Of a stretch of 64,000 nucleotides of DNA, positions 1-21,531 are shown piece by piece. Source of the stretch: Trichinella spiralis (lineage: Eukaryota). The DNA is taken from the NCBI RefSeq assembly GCF_000181795.1, contig NW_003526943.1, forward strand, positions 4,903,081 through 4,967,080, written 5' to 3'. The position numbers were made by a program, and so were the translations under genes. The notes under the pieces were generated by a model. The model was not told where the DNA came from and searched no databases. It saw only the letters and a program-made list of their open reading frames with translations. Positions within the stretch are counted from its first letter, which is position 1; each line of letters opens with the position of its first letter.

Positions 1-557
1 AAAAAGTGAAACATTTTTTAATTCGATGATTTAAATGCTTTCTTAAATTAAAAAATGTGCAATAACTATTGAAACATAAACAAAAAGAACACCAAAAAAC
101 GCCTTTTAAACTAAAAATACAATTCCGTTCGTTCCTCTTAATACTAACTTTTTTGGTATACGGTAAGTTTTTTCAATCTACAGTCTTCTTTAATCCTACA
201 AAATCGATGAAACATTAATAAAGAAAAAATATTTAAATCGAGTTCTGTTTTAGTAAATAAAAAGCATTTCATTCGTTTGCTGTTTATCAATATTTGCCAA
301 AAAATTATCTGATTATTTTGTTTTTGATGAATTTTTAAAATAAAATTTTTTTTGAAAAATAAAATTAACAAATAAAATTAATGGTTATAATAATTTTAAA
401 AAATGAAGGTTGTTTTTAGGATGTTGTGTAATTTGTACTTGAGTATTATTTATTATCCCATGTCTTTACATATAGTTTTTCTGAGTGCATTGATTCTTAT
501 TGAAATTTTACAGCATATTTTTGTTTTGTAATTTTTGGCATTTTTTAAGGTATAGTC

Positions 558-2275
558 ATGTTCCGTCTACCAGTCACAGATTGCGTTAAGCAAATTTCCA
601 GCGTTTTGTCACGTACGCAACTTTTGTCATCCTGGCGTAAATTCTCTAGCCATACTGCTGAAGAAACACCTGAACAGTTTGATAAAAGATTTATCGATTT
701 TTTCAATCAACCAGATATCGATGGATGGCTTGTTCGCAAAGGTATGTTTCACTTTTTTAAGCATTGATCTGCTTTTTTGATCTGCAATCTAATGTTTTTG
801 TTATTGGAGATAAATTTAGGCAAAACGAGTCCGATTTAATCCTATTAATGATAAAAATCTTATATTATGTTTTATCTGTTTAACTGATATGTGTATTATT
901 TTTTTCCTACGTAAAAACGTTTACTAGTTTTCAGTTTTATTTGTTGTATTTAGTAAAATGACAACTGTTTTTTGTTTTAAAACTACATTTTTTCTATAGC
1001 ATCTGTGATCAATTTTAGTGAAAGTTAGCACTAAAGTTGAAGTTTAATTAATACTAAGGAAATTTGGTTTGAATTTAAGCACTTTTTAAATTTTTATGAA
1101 GATTTCTACTCAAATATGTAAAATTTGTAAAATGTTAGAATTAAGTAATTTTATTCGTAAAATATTTTTTTGTTTGTTTAACGATAAAATGATAGTGATA
1201 TTATTTTACAGTGGCCGTTGGCAATTTGTAAATTTATGGTTTTGTGATAAGTTGATTATTAATTTTAATATGTTAATGAAAGTGCATTCACGTCGGTCAA
1301 GGTTGGTGATATGAAATTATTGCAAAAGCTATTTTCAAATGTCGCTTTATTTAGGACTGTATGAGCTTCACTGCCATGATATTGTGCCAGAGCCTACCGT
1401 AGCAGCGGCAGCGCTTCGTGCTTGTCGTCGTGTGAATGATTATGCCTTAGCTGTAAGGTTTTTGGAAGCGATAAAATTGAAATGCGGTCGGCATGCTTCC
1501 AAAATATACCCGTACATTATACAGGAGGTAAGAATTCGCAATAAGAAGAACATATGCTTATGCAGTATTTGACAGAAGAAATATAAATTAAGTGATTTTA
1601 TTATTAAAATTTGATGTTAATTTTTTTTTTGATTTTGATGAAAATTGCATGTTTTGTAATTAAAGTGTTTTGCTGATTTTGAAGTAAGATTTAGAAATAA
1701 ATGATTACCATGTGAAATTCAGTTGATTTCAGTAATTATTTCTGTTAATTATAAATTAGTTCGTTGTAATACGTTTTAGAACTATGCTTTAATATTATTC
1801 AAGTTATTAGATAATGTTTGACGATGCAGATAGATTTTATGCAGTTTGAAATTGTTGTATTCTGTATAAAAAAATTTTCTTTTTCCTAAAGTATGACAAA
1901 TTTTAATGAATATTGAAAAATGAAATAATATTTTTGCGTAATTTGGAAGATTATTGAAAAATGTCAAAAACATACATGCATAACTGCAGATAGTTTATTT
2001 TGTGGTATTACTTTTTGATCAATAGATCGTATAAATTATGTTTTCTAACCGTTTTCTTTGCATTTTTCATTAAGTTGCTGATACGTATATTTTTTATTTA
2101 CAATTTGATTTTTCAGCTTCGACCAGTTTTGAACGAACTTGGCATTTCTACTCCGGAAGAAATGCAATTTGATAAGCCGCAGTTGTTTAAGCCTTCACCA
2201 GACTGGTGGCCGGAAGAGTATTATGAAATATACAAGTTTCCCAAACACAGCACGTATCCAATGAAATATGTTTGA
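558..2275 (+). CDS. cox-5A: Cytochrome c oxidase subunit 5A (mitochondrial precursor), copy 1; exons 558-741, 1355-1527, 2117-2275
   Basis: GT-AG introns join in phase. The product has an Arg/Ser-rich presequence followed by ETPEQFDKRFIDFFNQPDIDGWLVRKG-LYELHCHDIVPEPTVAAAALRACRRVNDYALAVRFLEAIKLKCG...[23 protein letters not shown], the hallmark COX5A sequence. Confidence 0.96.
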
Positions 2276-2582
2276 TTAAATATTTATCAGTTTATTTTTC
2301 GAAAACAGTATGGGTTTAGTATAAAGAACGCAAGGAATGTATTAAATATTTTGATGAATTTTGAATTTTGGTGATTTTGAATAAGCAAATTGTTGTTGTT
2401 GTTGTTGTTGAATATTGAACAAAGAATAATTTTTTAAACACGGACATAACATATTATAATTTTATTTGAATGTTAACAACAACCGATTAATACATTTATC
2501 ATTTATCAGTTAAAACTGAAAAAACACTTAAGCATCACAGTAAATTAAAAAAAATTAAGTACAATGGATAATTATGATTGAG

Positions 2583-3352
2583 TTACTGTTGTTTAAAAAT
2601 TTTCAAGGCATTCTCGTGGAACTCTAGCCTGTATTTGATGAGCATCCGAAGTGCCTCCATCACTTCATTTTCATAGTTTGAAAAATTGTCCAGCAGTTCA
2701 TAACTTTTTTGCAGTTCTTTGTGGTAAGTTTCCTTCACTTGCTTGAGCCGTCGTTCGACTTCTTTCATTTTGGCATCCGCTTTCACCAGTTTTCCGCCTT
2801 CAGTCGCTTGTTCGAATTTCAACTTCAGCGCTTCGTATTTGTCATTCTCCCTGTTGTAACTGCTGAACAGCACGTCGACCTTTGTTTTGACGTTTTTGAT
2901 CAGAGGCAGATGATCATCAAAATAGTTTTCCATTTTGACAATTCTACACAAAAGTGGGGGTGGAAGAAGAGGATGAAAAAGCAAGAAAAAATATGATAAA
3001 TTGAAAAAGCTTACGCCTTGATGGAAACTTGCTTCAAATAATTCAGATTTTGCTCGGACAATTCGGCAAACATCTCGTGGGCTTTATCGACACCATTTTT
3101 TGCACCATCATGTTTCATTGTTGAGGACAGTTGTTTCAACGATTTCGAAAGTTTGAAAATTTCATCGTCTGTCAGCGATGGTAGCATGTGCGGATTTTTA
3201 CGATGCTTTTTTGAATTTTGCACAACACATTTTACCAGTTCGATCATCTCTTTCAAATTGTCCGCAAACAATATCAATTTGGAGTACTGATCGGAAAACT
3301 TTTCATCCCCTTGAGGTCCTTCAATTTTTTGTTTTATCCAATTCCGAGCCAT
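2583..3352 (-). CDS. Endophilin-like BAR-domain-only protein (~232 aa), copy 1; exons 3352-3015, 2943-2583
   Basis: Phase-2 intron (AAG GC|gtaagc...tgtag|A ATT) fuses two helical ORFs. N-terminal WIKQKIEGPQGDEKFSDQY and C-terminal LIKYRLEFHENALKIF resemble the ends of endophilin-type N-BAR domains. No SH3 domain follows. Confidence 0.7.
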
Positions 3353-4774
3353 TTTGATAGGACGATATTTGCATAATTTTCTCTCGGATCAAACTGCCTT
3401 ATTATGAAACTGAAATTTCAACGCCACACGGAGTAAAGTTTACAATTTTTTACCTTCGAATATTTTAAAGTTCTTTTTAAAGTCATTTATGTTTAAATTT
3501 ATTTAAACTTTAAACTGTACATTAACCAATGACATTTTTATTATTATTTATGTTATTACGAAAGAAAATCAAGTATTTTTTATAATTTTCCATTGATTCA
3601 CTGCATGCTGTTATTGCTATATTTCGACTGCAGTAGCCTTTGACAGTATTCTTGAAATTTAACCTTGAAAATTGTATAATCAGATCGAAATGAACACGAA
3701 AGAATAATACGACTCGCCGAATTTGTGTAAACTGATTGTTGAAACATGTTTCCACTAATGTTAGGCTGGTAAAGCTAGACTAGTATAAAATTTTCCTTTT
3801 ATATATGCTATGGAAATGGTTTCACAAATTATAGCACAACTCACATTAACTGTATCAGGGATAGATAACTCGAAATTGTGTGAGTTGAGCGCACAGATAA
3901 TTTCCTTTCTGGAAAGAAGAACAGTTTAATCAGTCAGTATGAAATAAAATTCAATATGCTGATACTGATATTCGTAAACATTGCCTTGTGAACTTTTTTA
4001 AGATCAACTTCACTGACTTTATATATCTTAGTTATTCAGACCAATAAAAAACGCTCTCACGTTAGCGAATCATACGAAGAGCATTTTCAACTAATAAAAA
4101 AATAACCAATGAAAATTTTATACGGATGTGAACATTTTTCTAATATCAGTGCATTCATCAATCATTCTTTGAATCTGCTTGACCCGTATTTATTGTTTTC
4201 ATTTTCTTCCTTATCAAATTCTACTGAACTAACACAACAACAGTGCAATCAGTATGTTTGTGAACTATGCACATCTGTTTCACACGTGTGTAATAGCCGA
4301 TTAAACAACTTTGAGATCGTTTCTTGCGCATACATGCATTTCAAACATGTATTGTACATCACTTTAAGTTCAAGTTTATAGTTGTCAATAATTATAATTT
4401 CAAAAATGAAAGAAAAAAGTTGTTCGATTGTACAGCTTTGAACTGTGGAAAAGTCACATTTTTCAACAACGGTTTACTTGCATAATCATTATTATTTAAA
4501 TTCCAGTATATTCTGTGAATAATAGTTACTGTTTATAGAATAGAAGCATATACGTATAAGTTTCCAATCTTTATTATAATTAGTATGCAATTTATTATAA
4601 CAAATATGAAGTAAACACTGTACAACACAATTCTAACATTTCAAATGGTGGAAAAGCATTCATTTTTCATGCATTTCTTCATTCACGCATTTTGCAGTAA
4701 AAATACACAATATTGAAGCAGAAATTAACGAAAAATTTCATTGAATAATTGAAGTAAGCACGTTTTAAAAAGCC

Positions 4775-4858
4775 TGACGGAAGTGGGATTCGAACCCACG
4801 CCTACCGGAGTAGACTGCGGCCTAAACGCAGCGCCTTAGACCACTCGGCCATTCCGCC
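4775..4858 (-). tRNA. tRNA-Leu (anticodon TAG), intronless, with long variable arm
   Basis: Reverse complement is GGCGGAATGGCCGAGTGGTCTAAGGCGCTGCGTTTAGGCCGCAGTCTACTCCGGTAGGCGTGGGTTCGAATCCCACTTCCGTCA. It has A/B boxes, anticodon stem CTGCG/CGCAG around TT-TAG-GC, and a T5 Pol III terminator just downstream (4767-4771). Confidence 0.97.
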
Positions 4859-5508
4859 TGTAGTAATTGTATCATAATTTTAATCTAATAAACCAAGCAA
4901 AAATTAAATTTTCCTCCACAAAACAAATCTGCCACATTTTTTAGTGGTATTTGAATTTTCAACAAATGTTTTAATGATCAAATAAATAATACCACATTTT
5001 CTATTGAATAGCAACTGTTTGTTTCGTTGTTCATAAAATTGTCAACAATTTTTTTTTCAAATAATAAACATTTTCATTGATTTCAAAATGATATTCATAA
5101 ACAAATTATCGACGAAACAATTTACCAACAGTAAATTAATTATTTGTCACACGCAACAACAATTAAACAAAGACGTGAGAAATTTAACAATAAATGAAAA
5201 ATTATTGCTAAAGCATAAACTCATCGCATATTATGAAAACGTCATGTATCATTTGCAAAGAAACATACAAAACAAGCAATAACAAATTTTTGCATCGTTA
5301 AGAACATTTCAAACGCGTAAATATTTCAAAGTGGATGTTGCAAAAACTGAGAAGCACATATGTACAGTATATGAAAAAAAATGATTTAAAATTTACCAGC
5401 TAATGCAACAACATGCAGCACGCGGGCGATAAATCTTTTTGTGACTGACAAAAATTGTTGTTGTGTTTTACAAATTGTAAAGCAAAAAGTCACCAGCACG
5501 TGATCAAT

Positions 5509-6809
5509 TCAATCACCTTGTGAATAAAATTCTCGAATATTGTCCCATAACAAATTGGTTGTGCTCAGTTTGGGGTCTTGTTGCTTTGGGCAGTCGAAGC
5601 ATTTCATGCGTTCATTGTACCTGCCTATTAAAACTGACAAAAAGTGTCGTTATATAAAGTGCAACAATGTAACATTTGCCAAGTACTGTACAAACAATAC
5701 CTCCTTCATATTTGTCTTCAAATTCAAAAATCTGCATGCCACTTAAAAGATGCAATATTTCATTCTTCTTTCTGAATACAGACAAACCTCATAATTAAAA
5801 CAGCAAACAAAACACACTTTCGGTCATACTTAAGCTTTTCAAGCTCTGTCTCCGAATTTTCCGGTACCCCATCACTGTCATATTTTCGTTTCTGACGCAA
5901 CTTAATGTACTGGTGCAATTCGTTGTCGATCTCTGAAATGAATGGCATCGAGTGAACAGAGAAACTTTTTTTTTCAATTTCAATAAAAAACAGTAATTAA
6001 TAAAAAAATGAAACTAATCCTTTATAAATTTATCTTTAACATTATAAATTTTTACAAAGTGTTACATATTTACAACTATTTCACATAGTTAGGCCTGGTC
6101 TATAGGTACAATCAAATTCAACTGATAACGAATAAACTGTTTCATTGAAAAAACAATCCAAACCGGCAATTGATTTTTGAGCTTCTTCAATTTTTTGTTT
6201 CATATTTTCTGATGCGTTCTCCTTTGTTTTCAGATCTTCATTTAGTTGCTCACATTCGGCCATTAAAGCTTTTACTGATTCGTGCAAAGATAACGTAGAA
6301 TTTTCGTAAACTGTATGATAAAAATAACAAAATGAAAAACTATGCGTTAATTTCAACACATCTAAAAAAAATTAACGTTCGTAAAACGTACTTGTAAAAG
6401 TTTCCACTTGTTTTGAGAATTCATTCTTTGTTGCTTTTAAACATTTATCCGCTATTGATTTTATTTCGCTCGCATTTCCCTGAAAATATAAAATGTGCAC
6501 ATATAATACTGCAATATTGCAAAAAAAAACAAACTGCACTTATTCTTTCGCAAGCAATAGCAATGACAAAGTAAAATGAATAATTTCACATATAATCTAC
6601 ATTATATATTATTCATATTGCAATACTGTCAAAATAGTAGAATAGAATTGGATGCAATAAAAAAACAATTAAAAACAAAAAAAAACAATTTTTTTTCACA
6701 ATTAATCAATACGCACCATATCAGTTAAGAGTTTAGTAACAGAGATGTTAATATCGTCAAATTCTTCAGTAAGTTTAGTTTTTTCGAGTAATAACTGTTT
6801 TGCTTCCAT
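5509..6809 (-). CDS. Coiled-coil protein (~209 aa), probable kinetochore Ndc80-complex subunit Spc24; exons 6809-6717, 6479-6392, 6310-6164, 5932-5818, 5771-5701, 5624-5509
   Basis: Six exons splice in phase with GT-AG. A long heptad region (MEAKQLLLEKTKLTEEF...KQKIEEAQKSIAEIDNEL) precedes a ~60-aa globular tail NEILHLLSGMQIFEFEDKYEGGRYNERMKCFDCPKQQDPKLSTTNLLWDNI. The tail ends in the N-x-L-W motif typical of Spc24. The gene model is well supported; the family call is inference. Confidence 0.6.
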
Positions 6810-7920
6810 TTTGTAACAGTGACAATATGAATGAATCAATTTTTTTAGATTAAAATTACGGTAATAATTTGAAGATAATCAAGAACAAACTACAATAATA
6901 TATTGAACATATTAGATTGTTTTTTCATTGCATCAATTTTTGTTAAAATACACATATCACAACAGTAAGCCCGTGTAAATGTAATTTTCATTATAACTGG
7001 TTTGCTAGATTTCGAAAAAAATTTTCACTGCGCTTTCTTATTGGTTGTTGCAAGCCGTTTTTTCATTGGATATTTAGAGAGTGTCAGATTGGTTGTTGTT
7101 ATCTAATTCTTCGTTCATTGATTTAAATTTCATTGCTTTAACTGTTACATTTTTTACTTTATTGCCCCAAATATTTCCATTTACGATTACCTAACTTTAG
7201 TAGCATTAGTGCAACTTTTCATTTTTTCCAAATTTTCTCAAAATTATTTTTATCAGAATTTATGAAGGTTTTTAAATATATTGTTTGCTTTGAATTTACA
7301 TTTTTTAGTGATAAGTATTTCATTCAAATTAATTTTTTTCCTTATTCCATATTTTATCGCATCAAAATGAAGTTAAATGAAATGTGATAATAATAACTCA
7401 TCAGAAACAACAAAAAAGTAAAATAGCAAATTTTATTTTTCAGTGCTCAGCAACATTAACAAACAGTAAAGAACAGCCAAAAATAGCAATAAACAACCGG
7501 GAAAACGACACTGACAAAGTAGAAACGACGAAAAAAGAATAGACAGAAAAGCAACCCAATAAAAATATAATACAAAAACTATTACTTTCGAAGGTGGCAT
7601 TAAATTGGGCTCTGGGCGTTTATGCACATTAACGCCTCAAAAAAGCTGCTCCCAACGTACCCCTATTTACTAGTGTATTCACCGTATATTAAAAAAACCC
7701 CAGCATTGCTTCTTATCGAGAACGCTTTTTTAAGTCATAAACGATAGTGTCTCCTGGATACCACTCGTCGAATTAACGTTTGCACAACACTCTATTAAGA
7801 ATCAACAGTGTGAGCAGTGGGGTGTTCTTACTCGGGTCCACTGTTCACTTATTAATCTTTGACACGCTATTTTATTGGACCGTCAATCTTTTTTCGTATG
7901 GCTTTCATTCNNNNNNNNNN

Positions 7921-8686
7921 ATGATTTTTCGCCTCTTCGCTTGTCTTAATACTGATACTTTATAATAAAATTATATCATATCATTGCATCTTTTTTATAT
8001 CTTCACTCATCTCGCTTTACATAATATATACACTTTTTATTCGCGCTATAACCTTAGCTATTTTTGGAAGATGGAAAGCGTTTTTTCCAAATTTTCGATT
8101 GTGATCGATAAGTGAATGCAAATTAGATATACGGTCTAGTATTCGATTCAACACAATTCATTGTGTTAGTTCAATTTGACGTAAAGGCGTTAAGTGGAGT
8201 TCCCGGTGTGGCTTGACTTATGACAAAGAGTAAGAATGAATTGGATTATTCTGTATAATAGCAACAGAATACATTAAAACAATTGACCAGGTATGGAGTC
8301 GCTATGCATTCTGCCACGGTAGCAGTTAAAGTTACCCTCAATGTTCCAAATGTGGTACCAGTAAGTATTGAAATTATTCTTGGTTTGGATTCTGCTACTT
8401 TTCATATATTTGATCATATATTTTTGGTGTGTTCTGTTCAATATTTCACAACGACAATGATGATTTGAAACGACCAGCAGAAAGAGCTATGCACTGATAA
8501 TCAACCAGCAGTCATTGATTCAAAAGAGGATATACATTTGAGAAAATTCTAACAGCAAAATTCCTTATTAAGAACAGCATCACCGACATGGTACAAATCG
8601 TGGATCAGTTCATAGAACAGGATTTTGTTTATGAGTTGGAAATATGTTCCAAAAAGAAGTCGGAATGTTCTTGGAATAATATCTTG
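7921..8686 (+). repeat. Partial copy of the 1.92-kb tandem repeat unit, truncated inside the Tigger-like segment
   Basis: Near-identical to ~51170-51895. It diverges at ...AATATCTTGT|CATTCG into unique sequence downstream of the NLK gene. Confidence 0.9.
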
Positions 8687-11029
8687 TCATTCGAATATGC
8701 CAATCGCACTTACTTTTTGACCAATAATAATAACATTACCTATCGCATATGAAAAAAATGAAAAATTAAATGCTACCTTCAAATGTGACAAGTAGGTACA
8801 ACAATAAAAACATAGAGAAATTTTTTTTTCAAATTTTGCAACAAACTCATGTAATGCTTTTTTTTTATTTTTCATCATCGATAATTATTTTTTACAAAAC
8901 CGCCTTCCAATAGACAGAGAGAAATTTGCATTGTTCGATTCAGCATGGAATATTTTCCCAAAAGATCACACTAGTGCACACAGAATGAAACGAACAGCAA
9001 TAATCCGACTGGTGGCAAGTAGAAATATGATAATAAGTTAAATAATTTGAAATAAAATTAAAAATAAAAAAAAAACTGACCAAATCAACGGGGGAAAATA
9101 AAAACATTGCCACCAGTCAGTTGTGATTCCACTTGTGGTGGAAAACAAAAAATCAACATATAATAAAATAAATGGATAAAAAACAAACCGTAAGCATAAT
9201 TTTAAAAATGGGAATTATTCAGGAAAAAGGAGTTCATTGGAAAAGGCCTGAGTAGCATTTGGACAAGCATATTGGATTGTGCTTTTTCTTCTGCTCATCG
9301 TGTGACTTTACGACAGAGAGTAGGCGAGAACAACAACAAAATGGAAAACGAAAAAACTTTCACGACTGAGGAGAGAGAGAGAGAGAAGCAGCAAGAAAAT
9401 TCTATAAATTCTTGCTTCTTCTTCATCTTCTTCGGTCGCTTCTTATTGGAATAAGCAACTAAATAAAATTCAATCCAAAAAAAGGCAGGCATCAAAGAAG
9501 AAATAAAAATTCAAAAAAAAATATCTCAAATGACGACAACAAAGCTCGTCGACATTCGAATTAGGGAGATGCTCGATGAGTTAGCAGAGTATACGGAAGG
9601 AAATGGATCAATAAAAAATATGAGCAGCAAAAGTTCGAAAACTTCAGACGGCGCCGGACCCATAATAATCTGTTTTTTTTGAACTTCACCATAAATGAAT
9701 GAATGAATGAGTAGAAAATGCTTGCATGTGCATCCCTGCCGATCAACGTCTGACGTTCCAAAACTCAGGCAGCAAAATTAGCATAACTTTGAATTTTCAC
9801 AACAATACCGGGGATGGAATAGAAAAGAAGAAAAAAATCGCCGGTATCCAGTTCTCAGTACCTTCTCCACTAGCTGTCGTGCAGTGAAAACTTGTTCAGC
9901 TTGTAAAGTCAATTATAATAATGCTGTACGACTGTTACATGCTTTCACAAGCAACCAAATCCAAACGCGCAATTGCAAAAAATAACCATCATCACAAACA
10001 ATCCAACAACAACAACAACAACAAGCTACATATTATAGTTCCAAAACATTCATTCCACAACACGATCAGTACTTTCACCCTTCTATCCTATCGTTCATTC
10101 AAACAGCTGGCAGTGTGTAGCTGGAGTTTTGTTTTTTTGTTTTTTCAAATGAGCGATCTCTGATACCTAATGAGGATATATGAGGAAATGATGAGATATT
10201 TCTTCTGTGTACAATAATAATGTACAGATGAGAACAGCTGTGCATAATGCTGATGACGACATACGACCAAACGTGAGTATGTTCATCCAATGGCAGCCGT
10301 AGAAAAAAAATTCAAGCGACAACAAACAGAAATACAAAAATAATAATAATAAGAAGAAGAAGAAGAAGAAAATGCATTTTGGCAATGCAATTTAAAGATT
10401 CCTAAATTTTTTCCATTCGCCTATCCTTCTTCGTACAAGGCAGGTATTCAGCTTGATGGATGACCAGTGTGAGGGATATAGAGAGAAATAACACAAGATA
10501 ACAAAACAAATAGTGAACAAAAAAAACAATCGCATGATGCAATTTTCCTAACTTTCCAAAATTCCCACAACCAATGCGGCAGGGGTCATGAGAAAAAAAA
10601 TTATACGGAAAAAGCAACAGTAATACGATTGAAGTATAGTGATAAACAAAAAATCAATAACAGCAAAATAAGAGCTTAACAAAAATAATTACAGTTGTTC
10701 TAGAGGAGATTAATAATAATAATAATAATAATATCAACTACAGAAGCCCCAACAAAATTGGCAACGTTGCATATATAGAAAGAAGTGCATGAAGGTAGTA
10801 GACGGCCGATGATAAAGTGTGCCCTTTTTATAAATAAATGTGCAATCGTTTCATCTGAATTTTTGTTGCTCAATTTAGCTCAAAAAAAGTATCAGAGCAA
10901 CAACAAATCGTCAGTTACGATTGTGAACACACGCTGTGGTGAAGAAGAGTATGGATGTATGGATGTATGTATATATATGTATGTATGTATGTACAGGGAA
11001 AAAATTGGATCGACTTATTCCAATTTTAA

Positions 11030-19337
<8,308 letters not shown>

Positions 19338-21490
19338 GGAAATGGAAATGGATTCAAATGACAGCAACACACCAGCGCATGATGATCATCAGGCGCTTGG
19401 TCAGCGTATTGCTGCTTTAGCTTTTCTGCTTCTTATTATTGTTGTTGTTGCTATTGCTGCTGCTGCTTCTGCTGCTGCTGCTGCTTAAGGCAAACGGGAT
19501 GGGATGATGCGGTCAGAGCAAGTCTGACAATTTGTGAACAAACGAAAACGACGCCAATGACGTACGTACGTACCTACGTACGTCTCTCTTCTCGCACTAC
19601 TCTGCTGCTGCGTTGAAGGACAAACACGGGAAATCAAGCCGTCGACGCCTGGTGACAGCGTTCATTGGCTAAACAAACGTGGCTTTCGAGGTTCTTTCTT
19701 TTTCTCTTTTTTTTCCAATTGTCTTTTTTTCCTGCTTCTCCTTTTATTTTCCTTCTTCTTGTACGTATACCAATAGATATATATATTATAATTTATTCTT
19801 TGGTTTGCTTCCTCTTTTGGCGTTTTCTTTTTCCCTCTTTCTCTACTCTGCTCCTTTGAGACGAGTCGACAGAGAAGAAGAGATCAATAATCAATTGTGC
19901 TACTGCCACACAATTGTGTGTACAGAATACGAAGCGCAATTTTAAAAAAAAGGAAGAAAAATTTGCAAATTAATTAAAATTTCTCCTCTTCCAAACAACG
20001 CAGCTTGGCAGTGGGAAGTTGGGCCGTCCGAAATAGCGTGCACGACGACGACGGCTAGAAAAAAAAATAATAACAATTTACAATTTCAATTAGTACAGTA
20101 ATTATGAGGAGAGATGCGGAAATTTAAATAATTTGCCAAAAAGACTAGACGAATGTCGCGCCGGTGTTCAACGAGCGAACAGTGCAGCGAGTGGACGCCG
20201 TCAACGAACGACCTGTGCCATTGGCGCTGCTGCTTCCCTAGCCCGTACAAGTAGTCGTAGGACAATGGATGTGAACTATTATTCTTCTCTCCCTCTCTCT
20301 CTCTCTCGCCCTCTCTTCTGGCCAGTGGCCAACGGCTAAGCAGACCAAAAATGACCCGCTTTTGAGGTTTACCATGCTTGACCGACCTGCTCTCTGCACA
20401 CGTCGATTAATATCCATTTTCAACCATCCCTCTACCCCTCTGTCTCTGTCTCTCACTCTCTCCCATTTGCCCCTCTGCTCTCCGCTCTTTGTTCACATCG
20501 AAGCACATGACACGTCCATACGCGATCGAACAATTTTGTCACCAAAATAATACAAACTACCAATCAATCTCCACCATGCAAAATCGACAATGTCGAATTG
20601 TTAATAAAATTTTGCGTTTAAAAAAAAAATTAAATGATAATCTCCGACACGGCACAATCATTTGCATATTTACGAACAGAATACAAAAGTCGACAACTGA
20701 AATTATTTATCTGAAAATTCTGTTCGTTCAGCTTAAATTCTGTGGACGTACGTTTCACAAATGTGCTAAACTACAAGAAGAACAACAAAACGTTCGACCG
20801 TTTTTGAATGAAGCGTACAAAAGCAAACATCGTTCAATAGATGAAAAATGATATGAAATATTTTGAAGAAGAAGAAAAAAAATATATATTCCACATGAAC
20901 ACAAAAGTATGCATACAGATACTGATGAAAAATTGCTAATTTTTCAACGTGATTGAAACAAAAATAATATTTGATGAACGTGAGAATATTTTTTTTTTGA
21001 AATAATAAATTATAAATTATAAATTGAAATTGATGATGCAATGGGAGAGAGATGATAAATTACAAGAAGAACGTGGGTAAACTTTCGTCGCTGTGCAAAC
21101 TTTGTGCTCTGAAACACCGCCGTGCATGTACGATCGAGGAAATGATGCGACGAGAAAAAAGAGTCAATATTGGAAATTGCAACTACAAAAATATACACAG
21201 GATGATTTATAATGAGAGTGAAAAAAATTGATTTATACAATTTGTCCAATAAGAAGAAAAAAAAAATATACCGAGCACTTTGTAATAATTATTAACGTTA
21301 GCCGTTTGATTGTCGGTCGCTTTTTTGGATTCGATTCAATTTCAAATACGTCCAGTGGCAGACATTTAAATTGAAACATTGACGATTTAGCAAATTCCAC
21401 TTTATTTAGTATTGAACTTTGTGAACAAACGACGAATAAGTAAATGGGAGAAAATTTGAAGAGAAAGGTGGAAGAATAAGCAGAAGAAGC

Positions 21491-21531
21491 CTACTGCTGC
21501 TACTACTGCTGCTGCTGCTGCTGCTGCTACT
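21491..21531. repeat. (GCT/ACT)n microsatellite
   Basis: Directly visible; not inside a credible exon. Confidence 0.8.

Noticed and set aside
8283..8468. Recurrent 61-aa ORF MTRYGVAMHS... (4 copies)
   Set aside because: TTG start, no recognisable domain; recurrence is explained by the repeat.
9250..11000. Many short hydrophobic or low-complexity ORFs downstream of NLK
   Set aside because: Products of poly-T and microsatellite-rich 3' UTR or intergenic DNA.
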